From Octopus vulgaris (taxonomy: Eukaryota), in NCBI GenBank assembly GCA_951406725.2, contig OX597814.1:55924001-55988000 (forward strand): 64,000 nucleotides of DNA, read 5' to 3'. A program made the position numbers and the translations under genes. The notes below the pieces were generated by a model. The model had not been told where the DNA came from and did no database searches. It saw nothing but the letters and a program-made list of their open reading frames with translations. Below, in pieces: positions 1 through 11,904 of this stretch. The first letter of the stretch is position 1, and each line of letters starts with the position of its first letter.

Positions 1-499
1 TGAGAAGCTTGCTTTGCAGTCATGAAGTGTGGGGTTCAATTTCACCATGTGGCATTTTGAATAATCTCTTTTAATAGTGGTGGATAGCAGAAATATTAGA
101 ATGCTTGACAAAATTTCATGTCAGAATATTCTTAGTGCTACATGTGTGAGAAGTGTGATAATTTATGACAGGGAAATATAGATAATAAGTAATGAGCAGT
201 GGAGAAGACAGGGAAGAATGGAAACTAGAATGGTCTGGTTGGATGAGTGGTGGAGTATTGCTGTGAGAGGGAGAGGGAGAGAGAGAGAGAGAGAGAGAAT
301 AAATGAATGCAGAGAATGATGAGAATACAGCCAGTGATGGATGTTATGAAGAGATGTGGAATGGGAAGGCCTGGCTGGTTTATGTGCTGAGGCAGGATCA
401 AAATGACTGGGCAAGAAGAAATGATGGAAATGATGTGGAAGGACATAGAGAAAGACTGAGAAAGATATGGCTAAAGGTGAAGATGAAGGCAAAGAGATT

Positions 500-715
500 G
501 ATGGTGAGCCGGTAGAATCATTAGCACGGCAGTCAAAATGCTTATCAGCATTTTGTCTGTTTTTATGTTCTGAGTTCAAATTCCACCATGATTGATTTTG
601 CCTTTCATCCTTTCAGGGTGGATAAAATAAATACCATTTGAGCACTGGGTTGATATAATTGATTTATCCCCTCTCTCGAAATTGCTGGCTTTGTGCTGAA
701 ATTTGAAACTGATAT
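500..715 (+). mobile_element. tRNA-derived SINE, family B (Meta-SINE-like central domain), diverged
   Basis: Head ggtgagccggtagaatcattagc...ttctgagttcaaattcc (B-box-like), core gattttgcctttcatcctttcagggtggataaaataaatacca, tail tgtgctgaaatttgaaac; same modules recur at 830-970, 16710-17845, 53572-54830, 57455-57836, 63421-63573. Confidence 0.8.
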
Positions 716-1247
716 TGAGTATAGGGTAAAATGGAAAAGACTGTCATGAGGCCTACAGGCCTAATGCTGCTCTAGTATAAAAATGGCCTTAAAAGGCTAT
801 AAGTTGCCTATAATGTTGCCTATATGTTCTGAGTTCAAATCCGATCAAGATTAATCTTTTGTTCTTCTGGGGCCAGTAAAATAAGTTCCAGCAATGTATT
901 GGAATTATTTTAATCAAATAAACCCATCCTTCCTTCAGAGATGTGGAATCATTGTGCCAGTGTTAGACATTAATATTAAATTTGATATTTAACTTTGGTA
1001 CATATAAAAATTTGTGCTTCTTGTTTGATAAATATTTGAAAATAATTTCATTTAAATTGAAAATTTCTGAAAGTTTGTTGCAAATATTTGATATATCGAT
1101 TGCATTTAATAAAATCAGACAAAATGACAACAAAATCAGAAATAAAAAATACAACACAGACACACACATTTCAAATATTTATAAATTTGAATTTTGAGGA
1201 TTCCAGACTCATAAGATACCACTTTGTACACAACAGTAAGTTTCTGG

Positions 1248-1380
1248 ATGTTGTTTAGCTCAAGCTAGCACTAACTGAAGATGTTCCAGTTGTAACCATC
1301 ATATTTTTTTTAAAGATGGCAGGGTTTGGTTGTAAATTTCATTGCTATTCCTAGCAGGTTAATTGAACATAGACCTGCTT
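1248..1380. repeat. old unclassified ~130-200 bp dispersed repeat; related copies at 42858-43030, 46307-46510, 47013-47215
   Basis: Shared degenerate motifs gttgtttagc...aagatgttccag/aactg...accatc...ttttt aagatggcagg...gctattt ctag across the four loci. Confidence 0.5.
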
Positions 1381-2793
1381 TCACATTCTGTCATTGAGGT
1401 ATTAGCACCTTGAGCTATTCTTGCCAGCATCTCAAACTTTGGATATTTAACCTTTACTTGTGCAAAGCATTTCAAAAGTTTATCTTTAATACCCATTCTT
1501 GTTTTCAGACTTTTAATTAGCCCTTGTTTCATATGTTCTGAGTAACATAACGCTTTCATTTCATAAGTTCCAAGTTACTCTGGAGGTTGAAAAAAAAATT
1601 GGAATTGTGTATCATATATGATGTATGGGCTTCAGGGAAATAATCTTGTGGACAGGCAAAAGGTTAAATTTGTTGTAAACACCATAGATGATATAATATT
1701 ATCGTCCAATTAACTGAATTAATTATTGCATTTAATATGTTAGTGAAGTCTTGGAAAGTGTCTTCACATTTTGGAAGGTGACTTGTCAGTGAAATTGAAT
1801 TGACAAAAATGGTAGAAACTTATCTGATGGATTGCACCTATAATTCAAAGGTCCAGCCTTGTTCCATAGTGCATCACAGTAATTTAGCTTGAGAATTGCA
1901 TTAAGGGTGCATTTGAACAATGGAATGCTGTATCCTGAAATCAATGGAAGGTCCATTGTCTCAGCAGAATATCAGTTTTGGTTAAGTTTGTGAGTGGTTA
2001 ACCTAGCTGGTTATCAGTTCTGGGTACTTATTTTAATTTTATTTTGTAAGTTAGACAAGCAAGTTGGGGGTAGTGATAAGCCATCTCAGACTGGTGAGCT
2101 TGATATGGTTGATATTCAGTTTGGACATGTACAAGCTGAGGAAGAAAAATAGTAATAATGACAGAATTTCAGTGAGAGCAGTTCTGTAGAGTAACAATTG
2201 GGTATATAGGTTTAGTGTGGGATCTAGGAGGTAAAGCAGAGGAAGAATGATATAAGGAGAGATGTGTGTGACTAGTGAGCTTGAGTGGAAAAGATATTTG
2301 GTTAGTTGATTTGGAAGTGGAATAAGATGATTGGGTGCTGAAGATTTGGCATAGCTAACTGGACATTCAACCTAATTTGGTGGTAGTATGTTTCGGCACT
2401 GGAGTTAAACACACAAGCAAATATACACAGTCAGAGGGAGGGAGGGAAGGAAAGAGAGAAGGAGAGTGAGAGAGAGAGAGAGAGAGAAGAAGGAGGGAGG
2501 GAGGGAAAGACATTACATATACATACAAATATATGTAGATGCTCACAAACATAAAGAGTGGGTGGGGAGAAAATGAAAGAAACATTGTCAGTGTTGAATC
2601 AGCAACACTAAACAAGTGGTAATGATATAGCTGAATGTGCAGAAGCCACTGCAGTAGTTGAAGCAGAAGCTGAAAAAGGAAACCACTCTTTTGTGAGCTG
2701 ATGATTGAAATAGGCTACTGAATGTTTCTTAGCCAATCAATCAAGACTTGGTGCAGTCTAGAATACTTGTGAGTTCAAATTTACTTCAAATTT

Positions 2794-2917
2794 ACCACAT
2801 GGTTCCGGGTTCAGTCCCACTGCGTGGCATCTTGGGTAAGTGTCATCTACTATAGCCCCGGGCCGACCAATGCCTTGTGAGTGGATTTGGAAGACGGAAA
2901 CTGAAAGAAGCCTGTCG

Positions 2918-2958
<41 letters not shown>

Positions 2959-3158
2959 TTGTGTTTGTCCCCTTAGCATTGCTTGACAACCGATGCTGGT
3001 GTGTTTACGTCCCCGTCACTTAGTGGTTCGGCAAAAGAACCGATAGAATAAGTACTGGCCTTACAAAGAATAAGTCCCGGGGTCGATTTGCTCAACTAAA
3101 GGCGGTGCTCCAGCATGGCTGCAGTCAAATGACTGAAACAAGTAAAAGAGTAAAAGAG
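2794..3158 (+). mobile_element. tRNA-derived SINE, family A, 5'-truncated, young
   Basis: ccacatggttccgggttcagtcccactgcgtggc head, internal (TA)n(TG)n, tail ctaaaggcggtgctccagcatggctgcagtcaaatgactgaaacaagtaaaagagtaaaagag; CpGs retained. Confidence 0.9.
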
Positions 3159-3404
3159 GGGTTTGTTGTTTCTGAATGTTTACTTTACTCTTCATTGTAT
3201 TAGGTACCATATCATTTGGAAATGTTAGCTACTGCAGGTTGGTCTCTTGTTACAAGTTATATTTATCACCCAGTCACTTAACACAATGAACCTTGAGTCA
3301 TATAAACATTGGCCCTTGAAAGCCCCCAATCCTAGAATGTAAAAGGCACTTATGCTCACATTCCTAATCAATAGGTAGCCAGTGCCTATCCTGTCCTCTC
3401 CTTT

Positions 3405-3795
3405 CTTCTTTTATCTTCTATTTCATTCATTTCACTGTGGTCATGCTGGGGCACCGTCTTGGTGGATTTTATTCAAACAAATTGACCCCAGGACTTTTTT
3501 TTTTAAGCCTACTACTTATTCTATCGGTCTCTTTTGCTGAACTACTAAGTTATGGGGACATAAATACACTAACACTAGTAGTCAAGTGGTGATGGGGGGG
3601 ACAAATAAAGACACAAAGATATATATATATATAAATGTCAAGCTTCTTTCAGTTTCTGTCTACCAGATCCTCTCACAAGGCTTTGGTCAGCGTGAGGTTA
3701 TAGTAGAAGACACTTGCCCAAGGTATCATGCAGTGAGACTGAGCCTAGAACCATGTAGTTGGGAAGCAAGCTTCTTACAACACAGCCTCACCTTT
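3405..3795 (-). mobile_element. SINE family A
   Basis: Reverse complement of the family A head, body and tail. Confidence 0.85.
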
Positions 3796-3806
3796 GTTCA
3801 TGTTAA

Positions 3807-4003
3807 CCCTTTAGTTCCCAACCCGGCTGAAACCAGCTCTGGTACTGAGTACAAATGTCTTGTTTTCCACCAAACCTTAGTCACAGTTTATGTTCTTAAC
3901 ACTAGTTGAATGATAACTATGCTATTTTACTAAATTCTTTGTTATATTTAAAGTAATTGAAAGAAACACACAGCATTTCAAAATAAATACAGTAACTAAA
4001 GGG
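3807..4003. mobile_element. TTAA-specific (piggyBac-type) MITE
   Basis: TTAA(3803-3806) CCCTTTAGTT ... AACTAAAGGG TTAA(4004-4007): perfect 10-bp TIR starting CCC plus TTAA TSD; second copy in reverse orientation at ~52565-52772. Confidence 0.8.
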
Positions 4004-4979
4004 TTAAGTCAGCTTAATTCCCAATTAGTCCTTTTTATTAAGAAATAGACATGAGTTGTTAATATAGAAGACTGAAGGAGTTCCTTTACACTTGTTAGCT
4101 TGCTGTGGCTAAATGTTAATCGTGATATTGACTAAACTTTATACAGGCTATCATGTTATCTAAATTGGAGAGATACTTTAGTTTTTAAATGCCATGAACA
4201 CAAGGAAAAATTATATCAAACTGTGACACTATCTGCTAATTGATAGACAGGGAGGAAAAACATACATCTTGCTTATATGCTAAATTTTTCAAACCGCCAT
4301 ATCATTTTCTAACAGTTTTATTGATCTAGACTTTTTTGCTGTAATTGATACAATACATGAGTGATATTTAGCTTTTACTAAATATCCTTAAGCTTTTGTA
4401 TCTTTTTATGAATATATTATTTATGTTATTAACAGTTATTATTGAACATTGATATTTTGTAGTATTAAAGTCTTAAAGTATTATGATTAAAGTTCAAATA
4501 AAGGTAACAGTTCAAACAATTATCATTACTAAAAGATATTTTCATTTAGAAATATCTTCTTTTGTTATTATTATTTATTTATGTACTAATTTTTTGCTTG
4601 TATTTGCTTTTTTGTTTTATTAGAATTAAAGATAAAAGTTTTATCTTGCTTGGATCTATCGTACGTAAGATTTTGAATGTGGTTACATGATTTAAAATCT
4701 ATCTGCCTTTTGCATACATTGAAGATAAATATTTTATAGTATTTTCTAAGGAACGCTAAGTTTTCAAAATTTTCAAACAGTTTCATTGAAAGCTATTGTG
4801 AGTTTCCCAAACAATTGTATTAGCTTCTACAGATATAAAGGTAAGGCATTTAATACATTATTGAACAATACAGTTGATTTTGGAATCAATATGTAAATAC
4901 ACACTCACACACACACATACCAATTGGATGATATTTAAGGTGCTTTTAGGAAAAAATCCTGCTGGTCTCATCTTTACAA

Positions 4980-5340
4980 TTATCTTTTACATGTTGGCTA
5001 TGCTGGGGCACTACCTTGAATTTTTTTTAGTTGGATGAATCAACTCCATTTTTTTAAAAACCTGGTGCTTATTCTATAAGACTCTTTTGCCGAACCACTA
5101 AGTTACGGGAACATAAACACTGGTTGTCAACAGAGCAGTGGTGGCAGACAAACACAAACATACAAATATATATATAAACACAATAGGCTTCTTTCTGTTT
5201 CCATCTACCACATCTGCTCATGAGACCTTGGTCAGCCCAAGGCTAGAAGACACTTGCCCAAGGTGTCACACAGTGGGACTGAACCTAGAACCATGTGTTT
5301 GGGAAGCAAGCTTCTTACCACACAGCTATGCTTGCACCTA
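4980..5340 (-). mobile_element. SINE family A
   Basis: Reverse-complement family A modules (agaagacacttgcccaaggtgtcacacagtgggactgaacc). Confidence 0.85.
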
Positions 5341-5677
5341 TTAACATAAATACTTTGTTATTGTAGTTTAAATTTTTCCTAATTTTTGATGTGGATGTTA
5401 GTATCAATTTGCCAAGAACTCAGTCTGGTTTCACTTTCTACATGTATCATTCATGCCACTGAAAAAGGCATGGATGTCATTAATTCAATAAATGAATTTA
5501 TTTCTCCTAAAAGAAAAAAAAATGAAAGCAAAATCTGTAGTTGTATACTTGGTTTAAGAAAGGAATAAGATGATTTTACATCTGCTGTTTGTTCAGTATT
5601 ACCTTTTCAATACTCTGGCTATTTTTCTTCTTATTTTATATATATATTTATTTCATATATTTACACACACATGTAAA

Positions 5678-5730
<53 letters not shown>

Positions 5731-5752
5731 TACACACTTACACTCACACACA
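5678..5752. repeat. (TA)n/(CA)n microsatellite
   Basis: Direct reading. Confidence 0.95.
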
Positions 5753-6889
5753 CATGATATGTATTTCTTGTTATATCTTCTGTATCTGTTGCATAAAAGA
5801 CACAATGAAAGTTTGAAAACTTCTGAAACGAAATCTTTACATAAGTTGCACTATTGATCTTTAATGATTTTTCTCTCCTGTTATTTTCTTTGTTTAGATT
5901 TTTAAGCCATATACTCTTACTGGAAATACTATATGATCTTTATAGAATATTTTCTATAGATGTTGGAATGTTGCTTAAGTTTTGAGGCAGATACATTTTA
6001 CTGCAACTTTGAAGCAGTAAGGAAAAGTTGTTTTTTTTCAATTTCACTATCAAATGACTGCATCAATGCACACATACTTCTTTACCCTTTTTGTCACCAG
6101 TTGAGAGAATTCTTGGTTTGTCTCTCATTTTTAAAGGTTAGATATATAGGAAATTGTAAATTTTCTGTTTCATTTTGTAGTTAATGCATATCAATAGTGT
6201 AAATGTCTCAAATACATCTAAACTTCTTGAATGAGAAATTTTTTTTTAATCTTTGTTTTGTTCACATAATTGAGAATATTTATGATTGCACAAAAGCTGA
6301 CAAATAAATGAATTTAAAGATACAAATGAATTAAATTATGAGGATGATGATGGGCAACTGCTTGGTACATACATTCACTGCAAACTGCTACTACTCAGGT
6401 TACTAGTCCTTGACTAATGTCTGATTATTGTTCATTTATGTAAAACATAAAATTTTTTTTTTTTAAATATAGAAATCAATTTGTATGAATCAGTATAAAG
6501 AAATTTGTTTCAGTTTCATTTTAGAGTTTAGGTAACCCAAGATCCACTAAGGATACTATGTTTTACAACGTACTTTGCATTTTTATTTGTGACCATTTTA
6601 AAGGATGCTAGTTAAAGACTGCAGTAATTTATGAAAGAAATAGTAAAAACATGAATAAAAAGTAGCAAATATATTGATACTTTTGTCACAGAACCATATA
6701 CATAATAACCAGCTGATAACATTAAACAGAAGACAGAATAATATCCAAGCAATTTCCTGAGCATGTTTGGAACTCATGAATTCTGATAACAATATTATAA
6801 TCAGAGGTAACATTATCTGTGGCCATAATAAGTGACTCCCCTTGTATATTCTCTTTTTTACTGTTCCGTAAACCTAAAAGGTATATGCT

Positions 6890-7112
6890 TTTATTCTTCT
6901 ACACATTTCAGTCATTTCACTGTGGCCATGCTAGAGCACTACTTTAAAGGGTTTTAGCTGAAGAAATTAACCTCAGGACTTATTCTTTGTAAACCTACTT
7001 ATTCTATCACTCTTTTTTGCTGAACTGCTGAGTTACGGGGACATAAACATACCAACATTGGTTGTCAAGCAATGGTGGGGGGACAAACACAAACACACAC
7101 ACACACACACAA

Positions 7113-7154
<42 letters not shown>

Positions 7155-7305
7155 CAGTCTTCTTTCAGTTTCTGTCTACCAGATCTACTCACAAAGCTTT
7201 GGTTGGCCTGAGGCTATAGTAGAAAAAATTTACTCATGGTGCCATGCAGTGGGACTGAACCAGAAACCATGTGGTTGGGAAGCAATCTTCTTACCACACA
7301 GCCAT
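6890..7305 (-). mobile_element. SINE family A, near full length
   Basis: Tail tttcagtcatttcactgtggccatgctagagcac through head cttaccacacagccatg in reverse complement. Confidence 0.85.
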
Positions 7306-7503
7306 GTAACGATGTGTTTTTCTTGGACTGTTCTTTTCCTTCTCTCCAGACCTTTCTTCTTATAGACAAAGAACCATGCTTGAAATGTCACACTCACTCT
7401 TTTTTTCCATCTTAAACTGAGTCTCAAACTAATGCATTCACTATGTACATCCTTTTGACTTCAATTGTGTTTGTTTTTATTTTTGATTTGCCTGTGTATG
7501 TAT

Positions 7504-7506
7504 ACA

Positions 7507-7568
<62 letters not shown>
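7504..7568. repeat. (CA)n microsatellite
   Basis: Direct reading. Confidence 0.95.
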
Positions 7569-7572
<4 letters not shown>

Positions 7573-7729
7573 TGTGAATATGACCTGATGGCTTGTATCG
7601 TACTTTCACTAATAATTTTAGGTACCTATGTAGTTGCAAACAGACTGTGATATTCTCTTGGCACTCCCATCCTTGACCCAGCAGAATATCCAGGATTTGA
7701 CAGCTGAAGGAAGAAAATTCTGCACTAGA

Positions 7730-7890
7730 AATAGGCTGGTACTCATTCATAACTGAGCAAACTAGAATAGACAGTGAGAAATAAATTCTGTGTTCAAGGA
7801 TAAAATGCACTGCCAGGTTCAGCAGTTGACATCATGACCTTATGGTTGTGTGGGCAACATCTAAACCACTAGGCCATGTGCCTTTGCACA
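7730..7890 (-). mobile_element. SINE family C head, diverged
   Basis: Reverse complement reads aaggcacatggcctagtggtttagatg...tccttgaacac...ctcagtt, matching 19134 and 33129. Confidence 0.6.
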
Positions 7891-8202
7891 CATGCAAATC
7901 ACCATTGTCCACATTGTGATTTCTCAGCTAGGCCACATGCTGGTTTAAAAAGTCACGCTCATGCTCATATCCATATTGCTTTTGGGGACTTGAGGACTCA
8001 TGTGGGGAGTCACCAAGTAAAGTGAATGAACTATAAACATAAGTGAATGGTAGTAATAGTAATGTGAGTGTGTTGTTGATTGTCTATTTGATTGGATCAT
8101 TTGTTTCTGTCCTCTTGCTGAATACTCATATGTCATCTTCATTGGGTGAGTCCATTATATATATGTATATATCATCATCGCACACACACACTAACACACA
8201 TG

Positions 8203-8261
<59 letters not shown>

Positions 8262-8437
8262 CTTTCTATGAGTGTATGCATGTAGTTAGTTAAGTTATTT
8301 TTCTCCTGTTAGAGAATTATTTTTCTGTTTCTATGCTACTATGATTCAGATGGCTTCTGTAAATTTAAATATTTTTATACAGTTGGAACATATTGTTTAT
8401 CCAACCAAATATGTATATATATATATATATATATATA

Positions 8438-8850
8438 GGCATAGGAGTGGCTGTATGGTAAGTAGCTTGCTTATGAACCACATGATTCCAGGTTCAGTCC
8501 CACTGCGTGGCACCTTGGGCTAGTGTCTTCTACTATAGCCTCAGGCTGACCAAAGCCTTGTGAGTGGATTTGGTAGACAGAAACTAAAAGAAGCCTGTCA
8601 TATATATGTATATATATGTGCGTGTGTATATGTTTGTATGTCTGTGTTTGTACCCCCTCCCCCCATAATCACTTGACAACCGATGCTGGTGTGTTTACGT
8701 CTCCGTGACATAGCGGTTCGGCAAAAGAGACTGATAGAATAAGTACTAGGCTTATAAAGAATAAGTCCTGGGGTCAGTTTGCTCGACTAAAGGTGATGCT
8801 CCAGCATGGCCACAGTCAAATGACTGAAACAAATAAAAGAGTAAAAGAAT
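8438..8850 (+). mobile_element. SINE family A, full length, inserted after a (TA)n run
   Basis: ggcataggagtggctgtatggtaagtagcttgc (A-box-like) ... ggttcagtccc (B-box-like) ... tail aaagagtaaaagaat. Confidence 0.9.
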
Positions 8851-9265
8851 AAATACTTCCTACAACTAACCATTCAGCTGTCAGCTACAACAACTGAGGC
8901 CAAGCATTTATATGTTAGACAGGTACCTGGGTGAAACCTCTTACGAACTGTCTTTATTAAGAAAACATAATGGTTCTGTCTTGATTTCTATATTTTTATC
9001 TCAGGGGAATGATAAAATCCTGTAAACTTTCAATGAATAACCCAAGGTAGAAGTTTATATAGTATTTTGAAAAGACTAGAAATTAAGCTAGTGAACACAA
9101 ATATGCACTCTGGTCATAAATATTTTCTTATAAGTAATAGATGGTGTTGAGACTAGAAAGTATCAATTATTTGTTTATTCTACATGGTGCAATTAATTAC
9201 CAGAGTTGTCCAAACCCCAACAATGGAAGATTTGAATTGCAATGAAAATAGATTTTTATCAATAA

Positions 9266-9712
9266 CTAGCAGCATAGCCCGGCATTGACCGGGTATGTAA
9301 AAGCCCCTAGTAGGCAACGACTAATCCCAATCTAGTCCTTTCCCTCTAGGGAACGAAGGCGCATGTGTAGGTTGCAATGTCTTCTCTTCACTCCCAAATA
9401 ACTATCAAACAGCTATCGAAAATTCAATCCAACCAATTCCTACAAGGAAGAAATTACATTTGCGTCCCCTAGACAGTCTGTAGAAAATGTGTTGCATATA
9501 AAAAGCTTAGATTCTCGACCCATGTCGAATTTATCAATTTTTATTCAGAACTGGGGGAACTTTTCAAAATTTTCGCTGCGTTAGTTTTGAATTATGACAT
9601 TGGGCTATGTGTGTGTCAAGTTTCATCAGAATCTGTTGAAAGCCGTGGTCAGGGTAAGGGTACAACCTGACAGACACACAGACAGACAAACTGCCGTTTA
9701 TATATAGAGAGA
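9266..9712 (-). mobile_element. non-autonomous Helitron
   Basis: On the minus strand: A|TC start (tctctctatatataaacggcagtttgtctgtctg), subterminal hairpin cccggtcaatgccggg, CTAG end followed by T; no TSD. Confidence 0.8.
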
Positions 9713-10145
9713 TGATAGGTGCATTTCAGCTACATCCTGTATTTATTATAATAAAGCCTAAACCTAATTTACTCGTATTTGTATATGAGGGAGGAAGTGC
9801 ATACACCCCTCCCCCACCACACATATATACTAATATACATACATATAAAAACACGCACATACATACTCATAAATAGTATTTACTGTTTTTTTAAAGCTCA
9901 GGTTTTGATAAATTATATTTGTTGAAGATTACTGAATGAAACATTCTATGAAATAAGTAAGGTCTTTGTTTAATGAGCTTACTATACACCACCCAGTGTA
10001 CAACAATTGATCTAGTTTTATGATAACATTTTATCTTACTAAATTTATGAAAACACTAAGCATCTCTTTCAACCATTGACCAAGCTTGTTTTCTTTTCTT
10101 TCCTTTCCTTTCCTAATAATTTTCTTAAATATATATAACTAGTGG

Positions 10146-10581
10146 AGGTGCAGGTATGGCTGGCTATATATTAAGAAGTTTACTTCCCTACCACATGGTT
10201 CTGAGTTCAGTTCCACTGTGTGGCACCTTGGGCAAGTGTCTTTTGCTATAGCCCTGTGATAACCAATGCTTTGCAAGTGGATTTGGTTGATGGAAACTGA
10301 AAGGAGCCCATTGTGTTTGTGTGTCTATATATATATCTATCATCATCATCATCATCATCATTTAGCGTCCGTTTTCCATGCTAGCATGGGTTGGACGGTT
10401 CAACTGGTGTCTGTGAAGCTGGAAGGCTTCATCAGGCCCAGTCAGATCTGGCAGTGTTTCTACGGCTGGATGCCCTTCCTAACGCCAACCACTCCGTGAG
10501 TGTAGATATATATGTATGTATATATCTATGTGTTTGTGTTTGGTTCAACCATGCTTGACAACTGGTGTTGGTTTGTTTACA
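10146..10581 (+). mobile_element. SINE family A, 3'-truncated, interrupted by an RTE 3' fragment
   Basis: Head ggtgcaggtatggc...ccacatggttctgagttcagttccactgtgtggcaccttgggcaagtgtc; body resumes at ~10506. Confidence 0.8.
10339..10505 (-). mobile_element. 5'-truncated RTE 3' end with (GAT)n tail
   Basis: Reverse complement matches 38750-38912 (ggagtggttggcgttaggaagggcatccagc...aacccatgctagcatgg...gatgatgat); similar fragments at 22734-22945, 39511-39740, 51998-52200. Confidence 0.85.
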
Positions 10582-10606
10582 TTAATTGACTCATATGTAT
10601 CATATA

Positions 10607-10703
10607 TAATAGAAGACACTTGCCCAAGGTATCACATAGTGGGACTGAACCTGGAATCGTGTTTGGGAAGAATGCTTCTTACCACACAGCCGTGTCTGCA
10701 CCT
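10607..10703 (-). mobile_element. SINE family A head fragment
   Basis: agaagacacttgcccaaggtatcacatagtgggactgaacc...cttaccacacagccgtgtctgcacc. Confidence 0.8.
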
Positions 10704-11904
10704 ATGTTAATTTTTAATAGAAATTACGAAGTAGTTATGACTGATATGACAATGATGGCAGTTTCTTTGTGTCCAAAGATCACGAGAAAGAGCAGCATAT
10801 CTTCAGGTAACTATGTAAATAGATATTTGACATTTCAGAGCTTTTCTTCCTGCCTGTACTTAATATTTTTAAAGCGAAAGTTAGCCTGTGTAGCCTAATC
10901 TCACCCTTTAGACTTGGAGATCTGACTACAATGGCCCAAAAGGCCTAGATGGCTTCAGTGATCAACAAGTCGTAGGTTTTACATTGGAGTGGCCTTCTAG
11001 GTGAATTGCCTTTCAAGTTTGTAGAGCTTCACCTATCCTTGCGGACTTATATAATGAAATTATAATGGACTTTTGAATATCATCAGTCATGTTTTCTGCC
11101 AACTGATAACTCAATGTCCACTTGTATTCTAATAATTCATTTTAATGTGCTTAAAAGTTACGTATTGTGCCTTGTTTAACTATATTATTTCTTTGAAAAG
11201 TCACCTCATTCTAAACACCCAACACCCCATGTTTCCACTCCTTTGACATTTTCTTTGCAAGCTTATAATACACCGAAGGAGGTGTTGTTGGCCAGGTTAA
11301 AGATCATCTTTCCAAAGTTGTTTGGTTTCAAAACACACTTATACATTATACATGCATATTCTTTACAAAAAGTGAGGTAAGGGAAACACCTCTAGTGGGC
11401 CAGTGGAATGACTATAGATAATTGAGGTATGTGATGTAAAAGAAACTCACTGCCATAATTGACTCATATGTATCACACCCCTATGTAATTTGAGGCCTTT
11501 AGTGGCAGTTAGGCTTCATAGGGCAAATGTGATAGCCTAAAACTCTTGGAGAGTGCTGTGGATACTCCTTTCAAAAGTTTTATTCAATCATATCAATTCT
11601 GGTTTTGGTTCAGCCATGAAATTATTTTATCAAATCCTGGCAAATCACTAAGTTGCCTTTTTGACATTAAAAGTTACACGCACAATCTCTCTCTCTCTGA
11701 CACATACATACATACATTACAGGCTTATCCAAAGTTCTAGCTAACAAGTTCCATTCTCAAAATATTAGTTAATCTGAGACTAGAAGGTACTTGCATAAGA
11801 AGCAATCTAGAATCCTGTGATTGCAAAACAATATTCTTAATCATATGGAAAACATTCACAGAGAAAGGAAAGTGGGGAGATGGATAGGTAAATAGAAAGA
11901 GAGA

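Noticed and set aside
163-579. 138-aa ORF
   Set aside because: Low-complexity GA-rich tract plus SINE sequence.
4781-4840. AG...GTAAG-bounded 60-nt exon candidate (similar case at 52993-53057)
   Set aside because: Splice-like signals at a level expected by chance in 64 kb; no recognisable peptide.
5570-5857. ORFs rich in YI/HT/CV repeats (also 7072, 8043, 19316-19842, 55369-55760, 61890-62447)
   Set aside because: Translations of (TA)n/(CA)n/(TATG)n microsatellites, not genes.
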